Translations under genes and position numbers: made by a program
Part shown: positions 35,095 through 47,293 of the stretch, piece after piece
How the letters are laid out: each line of letters begins with the position of its first letter
How positions within the stretch are numbered: the stretch's first letter is position 1
The notes under the pieces: model-generated
What the model was told of the DNA's origin: nothing
The model's database searches: none
The model's input: only the letters and a program-made list of their open reading frames with translations
Source of the DNA: Euglena gracilis
Taxonomy: Eukaryota
Direction: 5' to 3'
Assembly: GCA_039621445.1 (NCBI GenBank)
Contig: CP154954.1
Span: 27,803,735-27,867,734, forward strand
DNA: 64,000 bases

Positions 35095-38000
35095 TGTTAC
35101 GCAGAGGTGGCTTCACTGACTCTGTCAGTGAAGAATTTTTAGATTCTGTTGATGACAAAGAATTCAAGGAATACAGTGACCAATTGAAATTGTTGGGAAT
35201 TGAATTCAGTGATACCCAAACAGAGGAACAAAGAAAAAGGGAGGCTGAACTTCTGGCGTCTCAGAGGGAGTTTTGGAAACTCAGATGTGAAGCGGCCATT
35301 GGACATTCTCATGGCCCTGACTCATCTTCTCCATGTCAATCTTGTAAACCGTCAGGGGTAAGCCCAACAAGCTCACTGCCAGGAGAACCTGAAGTTAAAC
35401 AAGAAAGTTTGACCCTTGTCCAAATGTTTTGCAAATGAGAGTTGTGCGGTGTGAATCTGAATCCGGACAGCTGAGTGTCAAATCAGACAGTGTGGAAACT
35501 TCAGAGGTCACAAAACCTGAAACTTTTTATGACCCTTGGGATGAGTGGTGGCAAAACGTTGAGGCAGGTATCACAGAATTGTTTTCAAACACTTTTTCTC
35601 TGAACGAGAGGCTGACGAAACTGGAGGAAGTGCCCAGCCAAAGTGAGTCCAGCCACTTGGAGGGACGGATGGCTGAAATTGAAACCCGTCTGAGAAATTT
35701 GGCAGATGGTTTTCATGACCTTTTGACACGAACTTGCAGTGAAATTGAACACCGTTTTTCTGAAAGCATCCAGTCCCTGTGTGAGAAGGGCGAGGCTCTG
35801 TCAAAACGGCTGGAGAGCGAAGAAAAGATTCTGGAGGAACGGCTGAAAATGTTTGAACTACGAATCGCTGAAACGTTACAGCCCAGTGAAATAAAATCAC
35901 CAAGTCCAGAAAATTTTGCGTCCGTGAACCTGAATTCTGGACATGTCACAATTCTGCAGCCGTCATCAGTGTCTTCTGAAAAATCTTCCTCAGATTTTGC
36001 CACTCAGCGAAGAAAATTCAGACAAACGAAGAAAATCTGGAGACCTGCCAAAAACAGTTGGAATGACGTTCAATTTTTGAGACCAAGTTGGTTTCAGGAT
36101 TGGTGGGGTTGGGACTGGCATTTAAATCCCTGGAACAGCTGAGGGTGGTTTCCACCGTACCAGTGGTGGTAGTGATTTTTTTTCAGCAGGTCTAACCACT
36201 GACTGACACAGCACAGCACTTCACAGTGTCGAGTATGTTTCTGTGTGTTGTTTTGTGATTGTTTTGTGATACGTTTTTCATGGTGATTTGGTGTTGGAGG
36301 CAGATGCGCAATCAGCCAGAATTTAAATCTGGATTTTCAGTTCACAGAGTTTGGCTTATGGAAAAACAGCCAAGTCAAACATTTTGAATCTGGTTTCTGG
36401 GGTGCATGTTTTTCCCCAGTTGCTTTCCACTTAAAGGGAGACGCCCAGCCACGATGCTTGGGATTTTTCTCCTAGTGTTCAGGCAGCCAGATCAATGATA
36501 TTCAGTTTCAGAGTTTTCAGTTTTCGGTTGTCCCAAATGTCATTTGGGGTGGGGCACGGCATTGACATGTGTCACCATCCCAGACGGGGACAAATCAGGC
36601 ATCTCAGGTGGAATTTTGATTTGTGTTTTTTCTGGTCCCTTTTGTCACGGGACAGTTTTTCCAGAGAGAAACTTCACCCCGGACAAGGACACATGTTGGA
36701 GAATCGGCACAGTTTTTTGGGATTTTTTCAGTCCAGTTTCATTCTGGTTTTCGAGTGCGGCAGCCCAGCAGGCCTGTGGCGGTTTTATCTGGGTTTTTGC
36801 CAAATCCTGAGGTAGGGGAGAGACCACTCGCAACCAAAAAGTTTTTGAGAAAGCGCGCAAAGAGGGGTTCCAAGGGTGGGGCTAGACCCAGGCCAGGAAT
36901 AAACACCCCTGTGGCCACCCATCTAAGGGCTCAGGAAAACAGTTGGAAACAGTTTTCAATTTTCAGTCCAAGTGGGAACCAAGGTGGATTAACCCAGGAG
37001 GAAAAGACACCCCTGAGGAAAATTCATTTTTGGGCCCATCGGTGGCAGCATCATCATTCAGTTCAGGTTTTCAGTGAAAAATCTGTTGATCTGTGGGTAG
37101 CACTTTCTGTTGCATTTTTTTTCAGCTGTAGGAGTCTGCTTAAGGGAGAAGCACATGAGCCTCACAATGCAAAACTCCTGAGGCAATTTTTACAGTTTGG
37201 GGCTTGCATACACAGTTTTCGTGTGACCCATTTGATGGATCATGATCAGATTTTTAAGTGCCGTTTTGGTTCAGAGTTCAGTGGCATTTGCAGGTTCGGT
37301 TTAATGAGAAAATTCAGAATCTGCCTTGTGTGTTGCCAGTGGTGAATTTTGTGCGTGTGTGTTCCTTTGTCTTGCAGGTTTTGCAAGCAAGCAAGAAATC
37401 AAGCACCAAAAAAGAATCAACACAAGAGATTTTGAGAATTTCGAGTTTGATGACTTATTCAACAAGTTCAAGTTTGTTGACCAGGACAATGATGATTACA
37501 TTGACATTGAACAACAAAGCAGACAAGTCATCAAGGAATTTGATTGAATTTATTGAATTCAAAAATTGCAACAGTTTGCAAAGAAAGGACTTCAAAGACT
37601 GGGATTATAAACATTTCAAGTCGAGTTGGAGAACAGACTTAATGAAATCAATGGGACCCAAACAATCGAATCACATGATTCTGACTGTCATGATTACAAT
37701 TCTGTGCTGGGGAGAGAAGCTCAAAGCTGGGATATGGATTGATTGGTGAATTTCATGTTCTGGCCAAGGAGTTTGAGTTTTTTGGACTTCAGTCACCTGG
37801 CTGGGGGAGAAGTCTAATGGCTGACCTCCACCGAGCCTGTGACACAATTGCCCAAACAAGGGGCAAGCCGAGATTCAAACTGGTGGGCAGCTCCCATGGT
37901 GCCAGGGGCTGAGTTGCAGTTTTCTTGTTTCCGAGTGGTTGGACTAGGTTCGCTCTCCCTCTTCCTGTGTTGCTGGGGGGGGGTGTTGAGCCACATGAGC

Positions 38001-39772
38001 TGTGTTGGTGTGGTGGATCAAAATCAGTTTTGGCTTTACGGTTGGAATTTTTGACTCAGAATTGGATACCCCTGTGAGACGTTTGGGTGGGGACAGGAAT
38101 GCATCATATTGTGACCGTGATTGTTTTGGTCATACCACAGATGTGACGGGGTTTGATGAAATTTCCATTTTCCCCATTTTATTTGTCGAATGGGGATTCT
38201 GATTTTGCAGCCAGGAATTTTTAACCCATGGCCCTCCCCGCACTGGTTGACGGTGGGGGGGGGGCGGCATTGTGAAGGCCCGTCCTTTGACATGTGTGAG
38301 ATTTCAGCCGGTTTGGATATTACGGCCCAGGTTTGTGATTTTTTTGTTTGGAGGCTGAAGCCAGATTGACCCCCATGGCCCCATGTGAATGGGGGGGGGG
38401 GGCAGTGAAAAATCGCTTTGGCTGATAAAATTGGATATAAATTTTCAGTATTTTTGAGTTTGCCATGTCATTTGACCCCCATTGCCCCGTATGACTGGGG
38501 GGGGGGGCAGTGAATTTTAATTGGCAAGCCGAATTGGTTGGTTTCGGCTGTGAATTGGTTGTGCCCAGGGTTGGGCTGGAATGGCCTGGCCCCTATGCAA
38601 CGGTATGCTGTTCGATGTTGCTTCTGTGGGTTGGACTTTGTTTGCTGGATGTGGTGGCAGTTTGGAATTCTCGATGTTGAGGGCTCTTGTAGGCCCTGGA
38701 CTTGTGGGTTGGACCCTGATTTTTGATTTTTTGAGGATTTTTGTTTCTGGAGGATTTTTACACAAAGAGTTGGAAAAAACCTGGGATTTCGATGATTTTT
38801 CTGGAGGATGGAAAACGAGTTGGGATTTTAAAACTCAGTTTTTTGATTCGGTTTGGACTATTGGATATTCGTCAAAGGCATTTTTTTCATGGAAACACAG
38901 CTTGGAGGCATCCGAACTCGGGGGGGGGGGACCCTGGACCGGAGATGACCCCTCCTCCGTCCGTAGGCCCTGTTGTGGGCCAAAGAAAAGGAAAAAAAAC
39001 AGCCACGTGGGCACTAAAGCCCTGTGACATAGTGGCTGAGGGCCAATGTGAAGCCCTGTTCTCTTTGCATTCAAAAAAAATTCGATCGGCCCAGTCATTT
39101 TCGGTTGGAATGCATGACAAGGAAGTGAGCGTGCATACACACAAAACACACAACCGCACACGCACACAAACCCGCACACATCTGTACACTATTCCCGCCG
39201 TATATAACCGTCTTACCCTCTCACCATTGCACCCATTCACCTTCAACCTTTTCCTCACCCTTCTGTCCCGAATTGGAAAGGAATGCCTGGGTTTCTCTTT
39301 TTCTTTCCCCACACAAGTCATTTTTTGAGGCACTGTTGGCCAAAGTACCTGATTTTTTTTAAAAAAAATCGACAAATGAAGTTTCACACAATGAAAGCTG
39401 CCAAAAGGATTTTCACCAAGGGGGTAGCGTGGGACTTAGGCCTGGGGTGGAGTGCCCAGAGTTGGTTTCACTCAGAATTTTCATATTTTGTGTTCAAAGA
39501 CCCGTTCCCCATGCTTGTCGGAGGAAAGGGTTTGGGGGGCTTCCCCCGTAGACCTGATTTTTCAGAGTCCCCCAAGGTGCCCGATATTATGGCTGGGGGG
39601 GGGGGTCACACGCGTAACGCTGATTTTCAAAAAAAAAGCGACAGGACCCGTTTTTTAAAAAAAAACCCAAACGGAATTTTCGCCCCCCACAAAAAAAAAC
39701 TCCTTCTCCCCGTTTTTGCTCGGGGGGGGGGGGGCAGAAAAACGGGTCCGACTAACGTCGCAAGGGAGGGGG

Positions 39773-40380
39773 TGTCGGCTGCCGCTGGCGTCGGCAGCCA
39801 AAAATTTCCCAGAAAATTCCCAAAAACCCCCAGTAGGAACCACCAGAGCAAGTCAACCGCCACGCGAGTGGAATTGGAACCCCAGCAAATTCCAGCAAGA
39901 ATTTGAGAATTCGATTTGAGAATCACAAGAGCAGAAAAGTCAATTGAGAATTGAAAGATCAAAAAGGACAATTCAATTATTACAAGAAACCAAGGCATTG
40001 CTTTCCAACTGATCTTCTACCCCAAGCAGCAGGTTTCCTGAACCCAGGTACTCCCAACCCTCCAAGTCAGGTTTGTCTTGTGCTGCAGATTTGCTCACCT
40101 AAGTAGGTGGGTTGGTTTTTGTCTTTGTGGATTCATCCTGAAAGTTCAAGTTGAGAAATGGGAAAAAACCAACAGTGGAGGGAAAAAAAGATCCTACGCG
40201 GGGCAACCGGGGACCCCGGGTCGGGGGGGCACACCTCACCCCCTTTACCGCCGGTTGGCATGTTCGAAAACGGGGCCCAATTTCAGAAAGGCCCTGGCCT
40301 GAGCCCTCCAGGGCCAGAAAAAAGTGGTTGCGGCCCCGGCAGCCCCCGCGGGCGAGCGGGGTCCTCCCCGACCCCCAACA
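39773..40380 (+). repeat. Array LTR4 (608 bp, diverged subtype)
   Basis: PPT before, PBS after; central part differs from LTR1-3. Confidence 0.85.
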
Positions 40381-43300
40381 TGGTACGCAGAGGTGGCTTC
40401 ACTGACTCTGTCAGTGAAGAATTTTTAGATTCCGTTGATGACAAAGAAATCAAGGAATACAGTGACCAATTCAAATTGTTGGGAATTGATTTCAGTGATA
40501 CCCAAACAGTGGAACAAAGAAAAAGGGAGGCTGAAATTCTAGCGTCTCAGAGGGAGTTTTGGAGGCTCAGATGTGAAGCAGCCATTGGACATTCTCATGG
40601 CCCTGATTCATGTTCTCCATGTCAATCTTGTAAAACAACAGGGGTAAGCCCAACAAGTTCACTGCCAGGAGAACCTGAAATTAAACCAGAAAGTGTTGAC
40701 CCTTGTCCAAATGTTTTGCACATAAGAGGTGTGCGGTGTGAAGCTGAATCCGGACAGCTGAGTGTCAAATCAGACAGTGTGGAAACTTCAGAGGTCACAA
40801 AACCTGAAACTTTTTATGACCCTTGGGATGAGTGGTGGCAAAACGTTGAGGCAGGTATCACAGAATTATTTTCAAACACTTTTTCTCTGAACCAGAGACT
40901 GACGAAACTGGAGGAAGTGCCCAGCCAAAGTGAGTCCAGCCACTTGGAGGGACGGATGGCTGAAATTGAAACCCGTCTGAGAAATTTGGCAGATGGTTTT
41001 CATGACCTTTTCACACGAACTTGCAGTGAAATTGAAAATCGTTTTTCTGAAAGCATCCAGTCCCTGTGTGAGAAGGGCGAGGCTCTGTCAAAATAGCTGG
41101 AGAGTGAAGAAAAGATTCTGGAGGAACGGCTGAAAATGCTTGAACAAGAAATCGCTGAAAAGGTACAGCCCAGTGAAAAATCACCAAGTCCAGAAAATTT
41201 TGTGTCCGTGAACCTGACTTCTGGGCATGTCACAAATTTGCAGCCGTCTTCAGTGTCTTCTGAAAAATCTTCCTCATATTTTGCCACACAGCCAAAAAAA
41301 TTCAGACAGACAAAAAAATTCTGGAGGCCTGCCAACAGTTGGAACGACGTTCAGTTTTTAAGACCAAGTTGGCATCACGATTGGTGGGGTTGGGACTGGC
41401 ATTTAAGTCCCTGGAACAGCTGGGGGTGGTTTCCACCGTATCAATGGTGGTGGTGAATTTTCTTTCAGCACAGGTCTAACCACTGACTGGCACCGCACAA
41501 CACTTTACAGTGATCAGTATGTTTTTGTGGTTTGTTTGTGGCTTTGTGATTTTTGTTTCATACTTCTCATGGTGATCTGGTGTTGGAGGCAGATGCGCAA
41601 TCAGCCAGAATATAAATCTGGATTTTCAGTTCACAGAGTTTGGCTTATGGGAAAACAGCCAAGTCAAACATTTTGAATCTGGTTTCTGGGGTGCATGTTT
41701 TTTCCCAGTTGCTTTCCACTTAAATGGAGACGCCCAGCCATGATGCTTGGGAATTTCTCCTAGTGTTCAGGCAGCCAGATCAATGATCTTTCATTTTCAG
41801 TTTCAGAGTTTTCAGTTTTCGGTTGTCCCAAATGTCATTTGGGGTGGGGCACGATGTTGACATGTGTCACCATCCCTGACAGGGACAAAACACACATCTC
41901 AGGTGGGATTTTCAATTGTGTTTTTTCTGGTCCCTTTTGTCACGGGACAGTTTTTCCAGAGAGAAACTTCACCCCGGACAAGGACACATGTTGGAGAATC
42001 GGCACAGTTTTTGAGATTTTTCAGTCCAGTTTCATTGTGGTTTTCGAGTGTGGCAGCCCAGCAGTCCTGTGGCAGGTTTTATCTGGGTTTTTACCAAGTC
42101 CTGAGGTAGGGGGAAGACCTCTAATGGACCACTCGAACCAAAAAGTTTTTCGGGAAAGCGCGCAAAGAGGGGTTCCAAGGGTGGGGCTAGACCCAGGCCA
42201 GGAATAAACACCCCTGTGGCCACCCATCTAAGGGCTCAGGAAACAGTTTTCATTTTTTCAGTCTTGGGAACCAAGGTGGATTAACCCCAGGAGGAAAAGA
42301 CACCCCCGAGGAAAATTCATTTACGGGCCCATCATCATTTGGTCCAGTTTTTCAGTGAAAAATCTGTTGATCTGTGGGTTGCACTTTCTGCGGCAATTTT
42401 TCAGCTGTGGAGTTTGCTTGAGGGAGAAAAACTCAGAAGTGGGGGACGCCTCACAATGCAAAACTCCTGAGGGTAATTTTTACAGTTTGAGGGTTGTTGG
42501 AGCAGTTTTCGTGTAACCCATTTGGTGGATCAAGATCAGATTTTCAGTGCCGTTTCCTGGTTCAGAGTTCAGTGGTTTTTCAGTGAGGAAATTCAGAAAT
42601 CTGCCTTCTGTGTTGCCAGTGGTGAATTTTGCGTGCGTGTGTGTGTCCTTTGTCATGCAGGTTTTGCAAGCAATCAAGCAATCAATCACGAAATGAAGGA
42701 GCAAAGCAGTCAAATTATCAAGGATTTTGACTGAATTTATTGAATTCAAGGATTTCAACAAAGAAATGACTTCAAAGACTGGGATTATGAACATTGGAAG
42801 AACAATGACATTTATGAGACCCAAGCAATTGAATCACAGGATTACGATTGTCATGATTACATCTGTGGATTGTTTATGGAATCACAGAATGGTGGATGTA
42901 TTTATTTTACTCAAGTGTTGTGAAGCGTAATGTGGCTGACCCCAAAGCGCCTGCAGTGGGCAGTGACCCGATGCACGGCCAGGTCCAGGCCCAGGTTGGC
43001 ACAGCACTGAATCAGATTTTTCATGGTTTTGGATCTCAGTATTTTGCTTGTGGTTTGGAGCCATTTTTTCTCCCTCCTCGTGCAGCTGGGGGGGGGGGCT
43101 GCGTTGAGCCCTGTTTTTTGTTGGTGTGGTGGATCAAAATCAGTTTTGGCTTTACGGTTGGAATTTTTTGACTCAGAATTGGATACCCTGTGAGACGTTT
43201 GGGTGGGGACAGGAATGCATCATTTTGTGACCGTGTTTGTTTTGGTCATACCCCAGATATGTCGGGGTTTGATGAAATTTCCATTTTTCCCATTTTATTT

Positions 43301-44876
43301 GTCGAATGGGGATTCTGATTTTGCAGCCAGGAATTTTTAACCCATGGCCCTCCCCACATTGGTTGACGGTGGGGGGGGGGCGACATTGTGAAGGCCCGTC
43401 CTTTGACATGTATGAGATTTCAGCCGGTTTGGATATTACGGCCCAGGTTTGTGATTTTTTTGTTTGGAGGCTGAAGCCAGATTGACCCCCATGGCCCCAT
43501 GTCACTGGGGGGGGGGGGCAGCGAAAAATCGCTTTGGCTGAGAAAATTGGATTTGAATTTTCAGTATTTTTGAGTTTGCCATGTCATTTGACCCCCATTG
43601 CCCCGTGTGATTGGGGGGGGGGGGCAGTGAATTTTAATTGGCAAGCCGAATTGGTCCGTTTTACGGCTGTGAATTGGTTGAGCTGGGCTGGATGGCCTGG
43701 CCCCTCGGTGTGCTGCTGGATGTTGCTTCTGTTGGGTTGGTTGCTCTCGGTTGGACTTTGTTTGTTGTACATGGCAGTTGGAATTTTGGATCTTGTTGAG
43801 GGCTTTTGTAGGCCCTGGGTGGGACTCAGATTTTTGAATTTTTGAGGATTTTTGTTGCTGGAGGATTTTTACACAAACAGTTGGAAAAAACCTGGGATTT
43901 TGATAATTTTTCTGGTGGGCGGCAAAACGAGTTGGAGTTTTAGAACTCAGTTTTTTGATTCGGTTGGATTATGGACATTCGTCAAAGGCATTTTTTCCAT
44001 GGAACACAGCTTGGAGGCATCCGAACTCGGGGGGGGGGGACCCTGGACCGGAGATGACCCCTCCTCCGTCCAAAGGCCCTGGTGTGGGCCAATAAAAAAA
44101 AAGAAACCCAGCCACGTGGGCATTAAAGCCCTGTGACGTAGTGGCTGAGGGCCAATGTGAAGCCCTGTTTTCTTTGCGTTCAAAAAAGTCGGCCCAGTCA
44201 TTTTCGGTTAAAATGCACGACAAGGAAGTGAGCGTGCACACACACACAACACACAACCGCACATGAACCCGCACACCCATTGTACACTATTCCCGCCGTA
44301 TATACCCGTCTTACCCTCTCACCATTGCACCCATTCACCTTCAGCCTTTTCCTTACCCTTTCTGTCCCGAATTGGAAAGGAATGCCTGGGTTTCTCTTTT
44401 TCTTTTCCCCACACAAGTTGTTTTCTGAGGCACTGTTGGCCAAAGTCCCTGATTTTTTTTAAAAAAAATCGACAAATGAAGTTTCACACAATGAAAGCTG
44501 CCAAAAAGGATTATCACCAAGGGGGCAGCGTGGGACTTAGGCCTTGGGGTGGAGTGCCCAGAGTTTGTTTCGTTTGGAATCGTTTTTCAGATTTATGTTC
44601 AAGGACCCGTTTCCCCATGCTTGTCGGAGGAAAGGGGTGGGGGGGGGGGGCTTCCCCCGAAGACCTGATTTTTCCAGAGTCCCCCAAGGTGCCCGATATT
44701 ATGGCTGGGGGGGGTCGACTCGTAACACCGATTTTCAAAAAAAAAAGCGACAGGACCCGTTTCAAAAAAAAACAGAATTTTCGCCCCCCACAAAAAAAAT
44801 CATTTTCACTCTCCCCGTTTTTGTTCGGGGGGGGGGGGCAGAAAAACGGGTCCGACTAACGTCGCAAGGGAGGGGG

Positions 44877-45489
44877 TGTCGGCTGCCGCTGGTGTCGGCA
44901 GCCAAAAATTCCCCAGAAAATTCCCAAAAACCCCTGGTAGGAATATCCAAGGCAAGTCAACCGCCACGCGAGTGGAATTGGAACCCCAGCAAATTCCTGG
45001 AAGAATTTGAGAATTCGATTTGAGGATCACAGAAGTAGAAAAGTCAATTGAGAATTGAAGAATCAAAAGAATCAATTCAATTCTTCCAAGAAACCAAGGC
45101 ATTGCTTTCCAACCTGATCTCCTATCCCAAGCAGCAGGTTTTCTGAACCCAGGTACTCCCAACCCTCCAAGTCAGGTTTGTCTTGTGCTGCTGATTTGCT
45201 CACCTAAGTAGCTGGGTTGGTTTCTCTTTGTGGATTCATCCTGAAAGTTCAAGTTGGAAAATGGGAAAAAACCAACAATGGAGGGGAAAAACGATTCTAC
45301 GCGGGGCAACGAGGGACCCTGGGTCGGGGGGGCACACCTCACCCCCATTACCGCCTGTGGATTTGTTTGAAAACGGGGCCCAACTTACCAAAGGCCCTGG
45401 CCTGAGCCCACCAGGGCCAGAAAAAGGGATTTGTGGCCCCAGCGAAAGCAGCCCCCCCGGGCGAGCAGGGTCCCCCAAGCCCCCCAACA
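44877..45489 (+). repeat. Array LTR5 (613 bp, diverged subtype)
   Basis: PPT before, PBS after. Confidence 0.85.
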
Positions 45490-47293
45490 TGGTACGCAGA
45501 GGTGGCTTCACTGACTCCGTCAGTGAAGAATTTTTGGAATCAGTCGATGACAAATCTCAATTGCAAAGTCTTCCAGTGGAAGTTCTGCAGGGTTTGTTCA
45601 AGGTTGGTGTTCTGTGGGCTTTAATTGTGGGTTCTCCTGACGATCCAGTGCAATCACACTGAAAAGTTTGGAATGCAGAATAAATCACATTGAAAAATTT
45701 TGGCAGGCTTTGTCACGTGAGCCCATCCACCCAGAGGGACAGGACACAGAAACAGATTTTTTGACTGGAAACTCAAAGTGGATTATTAACAAGATTCAGT
45801 CCCTGAATGTTGAGGGCGAGGCTCTGACGAAACAGCTGAAAGAAGTGACAGATTCATTGGGAAAGGCAGAAATGGAAATAGGAAGGTTGACTGAGCAAAT
45901 TAAAATGTTGGAACTGCAAATCACCGAAAAGTTGCAGCCCAGTGAAAAATTTCCAAGTCCAGAAAATTTTGTGCCTGTGAACCTGACTTCTGGACATGTC
46001 ACAAATTTGCAGCCGTCATTAGCGTCTTCTGAAAAATCTTCCTCAGATTTTGCCGCACAGCCAAGAAAATTCAGACAGACGAAAAAATTCTGGAGGCCTG
46101 TCAAAAACAGTTGGAATAACTTTCAATTTTCGAGACCAAGTTGGTTTCATGATTGGCGGGGTTGGGACTGGTACAAAAATCACTGGAACAGCTGGGGGTG
46201 GTTTCCACCGAATCAATGGTGGTGGTGATTTTCTTTCAGCATAGGTCTAACCACTGACTGGCACCGCACAGCACTTTACAGTGATCAGTATGTTTTTGTG
46301 GTTTGTTTGTGGCTTTGTGATTTTTGTTTCGTACTTCCTTTGTGTGATCTGGTCGGAGGCAGATGCGTAATCAGCCAGAAGTTTAAATCTGGATTTTCAG
46401 TTCACAGAGTTTGGCTTATGGAAAAACTGCCAAGTCAAACATTTTTGAATCTGGTTTCTGGGGTGCATGTTTCTCCCCAGTTGCTTTCCACTTAAATGGA
46501 GACGCCCAGCCACGATGCTTGGGAATTTCTCCTAGTGTTCAGGCAGCCAGATCAACGATATTCAGTTTCAGAGTTTTCAGTTTTCGGTTGTCCCAAATGT
46601 CATTTGGGGTGGGGCACGGGGTGGACATGTGTCACCATCCCAGACGGGGACAAATCAGACATTTCAGGTTGGATTTTTGTTTGTGTTTTTGCTGGTCCTT
46701 TCTGTCACGGGACAGTTTTTCCAGAGAGCAACTTACCCCCGGACAGGGACATACGTTGGAGAATCGGCACAGTTTTTTGGGATTTCTCAGTCCAGTTTCA
46801 TTGTGGTTTTCGAGTGTGGCAGCCCAGCAGTCCTGTGGCAGGTTTTATCTGGGTTTTTGCCAAGTCCTGAGGTAGATGGGAGACCTCTGATGACCACTCG
46901 AACCAAAAAGTTTTCGGGAAAGCGCGCAAAGAGGGGTTCCAAGGGTGGGGCTAGACCCAGGCAAGGAATAAACACCCCTGTGGCCACCCATCTAAGGGCT
47001 CAGGAAAGGTTTCAATTTTCAGTCTTGGGAACCAAGGTGGATTAACCCCAGGAGGAAAAGACACCCCCGAGGAAAATTCATTTACGGGCCCATCATCATT
47101 GGTCCAGTTTTTCAGTGAAAAATCTGTTGATCTGTGGGTTGCACTTTCTGCGGCAATTTTTCAGCTGTGGAGTTTGCTTGAGGGAGAAAAACTCAGAAGT
47201 GGTGGGACGCCTCACAATGCAAAACTCCTGAGGGTAATTTTTACAGTTTGAGGGTTGTTTGAGCAGTTTTCGTGTAACCCATTTGATGGATTG

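Larger units (their letters stand above)
22849..47292 (+). mobile_element. Tandem array of a non-autonomous (LARD-like) LTR retroelement with shared LTRs
   Basis: Units start at 22849, 28005, 34495, 39773 and 44877. Each is a TGT...ACA LTR, then PBS TGGTA(C)GCAGAGG, then ~4.5 kb internal sequence, then PPT AAGGGAGGGGG. No pol motifs seen. Last unit truncated. Confidence 0.85.

Noticed and set aside
37440-37515. EF-hand-like DQDNDDYIDIEQ in array unit 3
   Set aside because: Short ORF, lacks the Gly6 and Glu12 consensus, and is absent from the other units.
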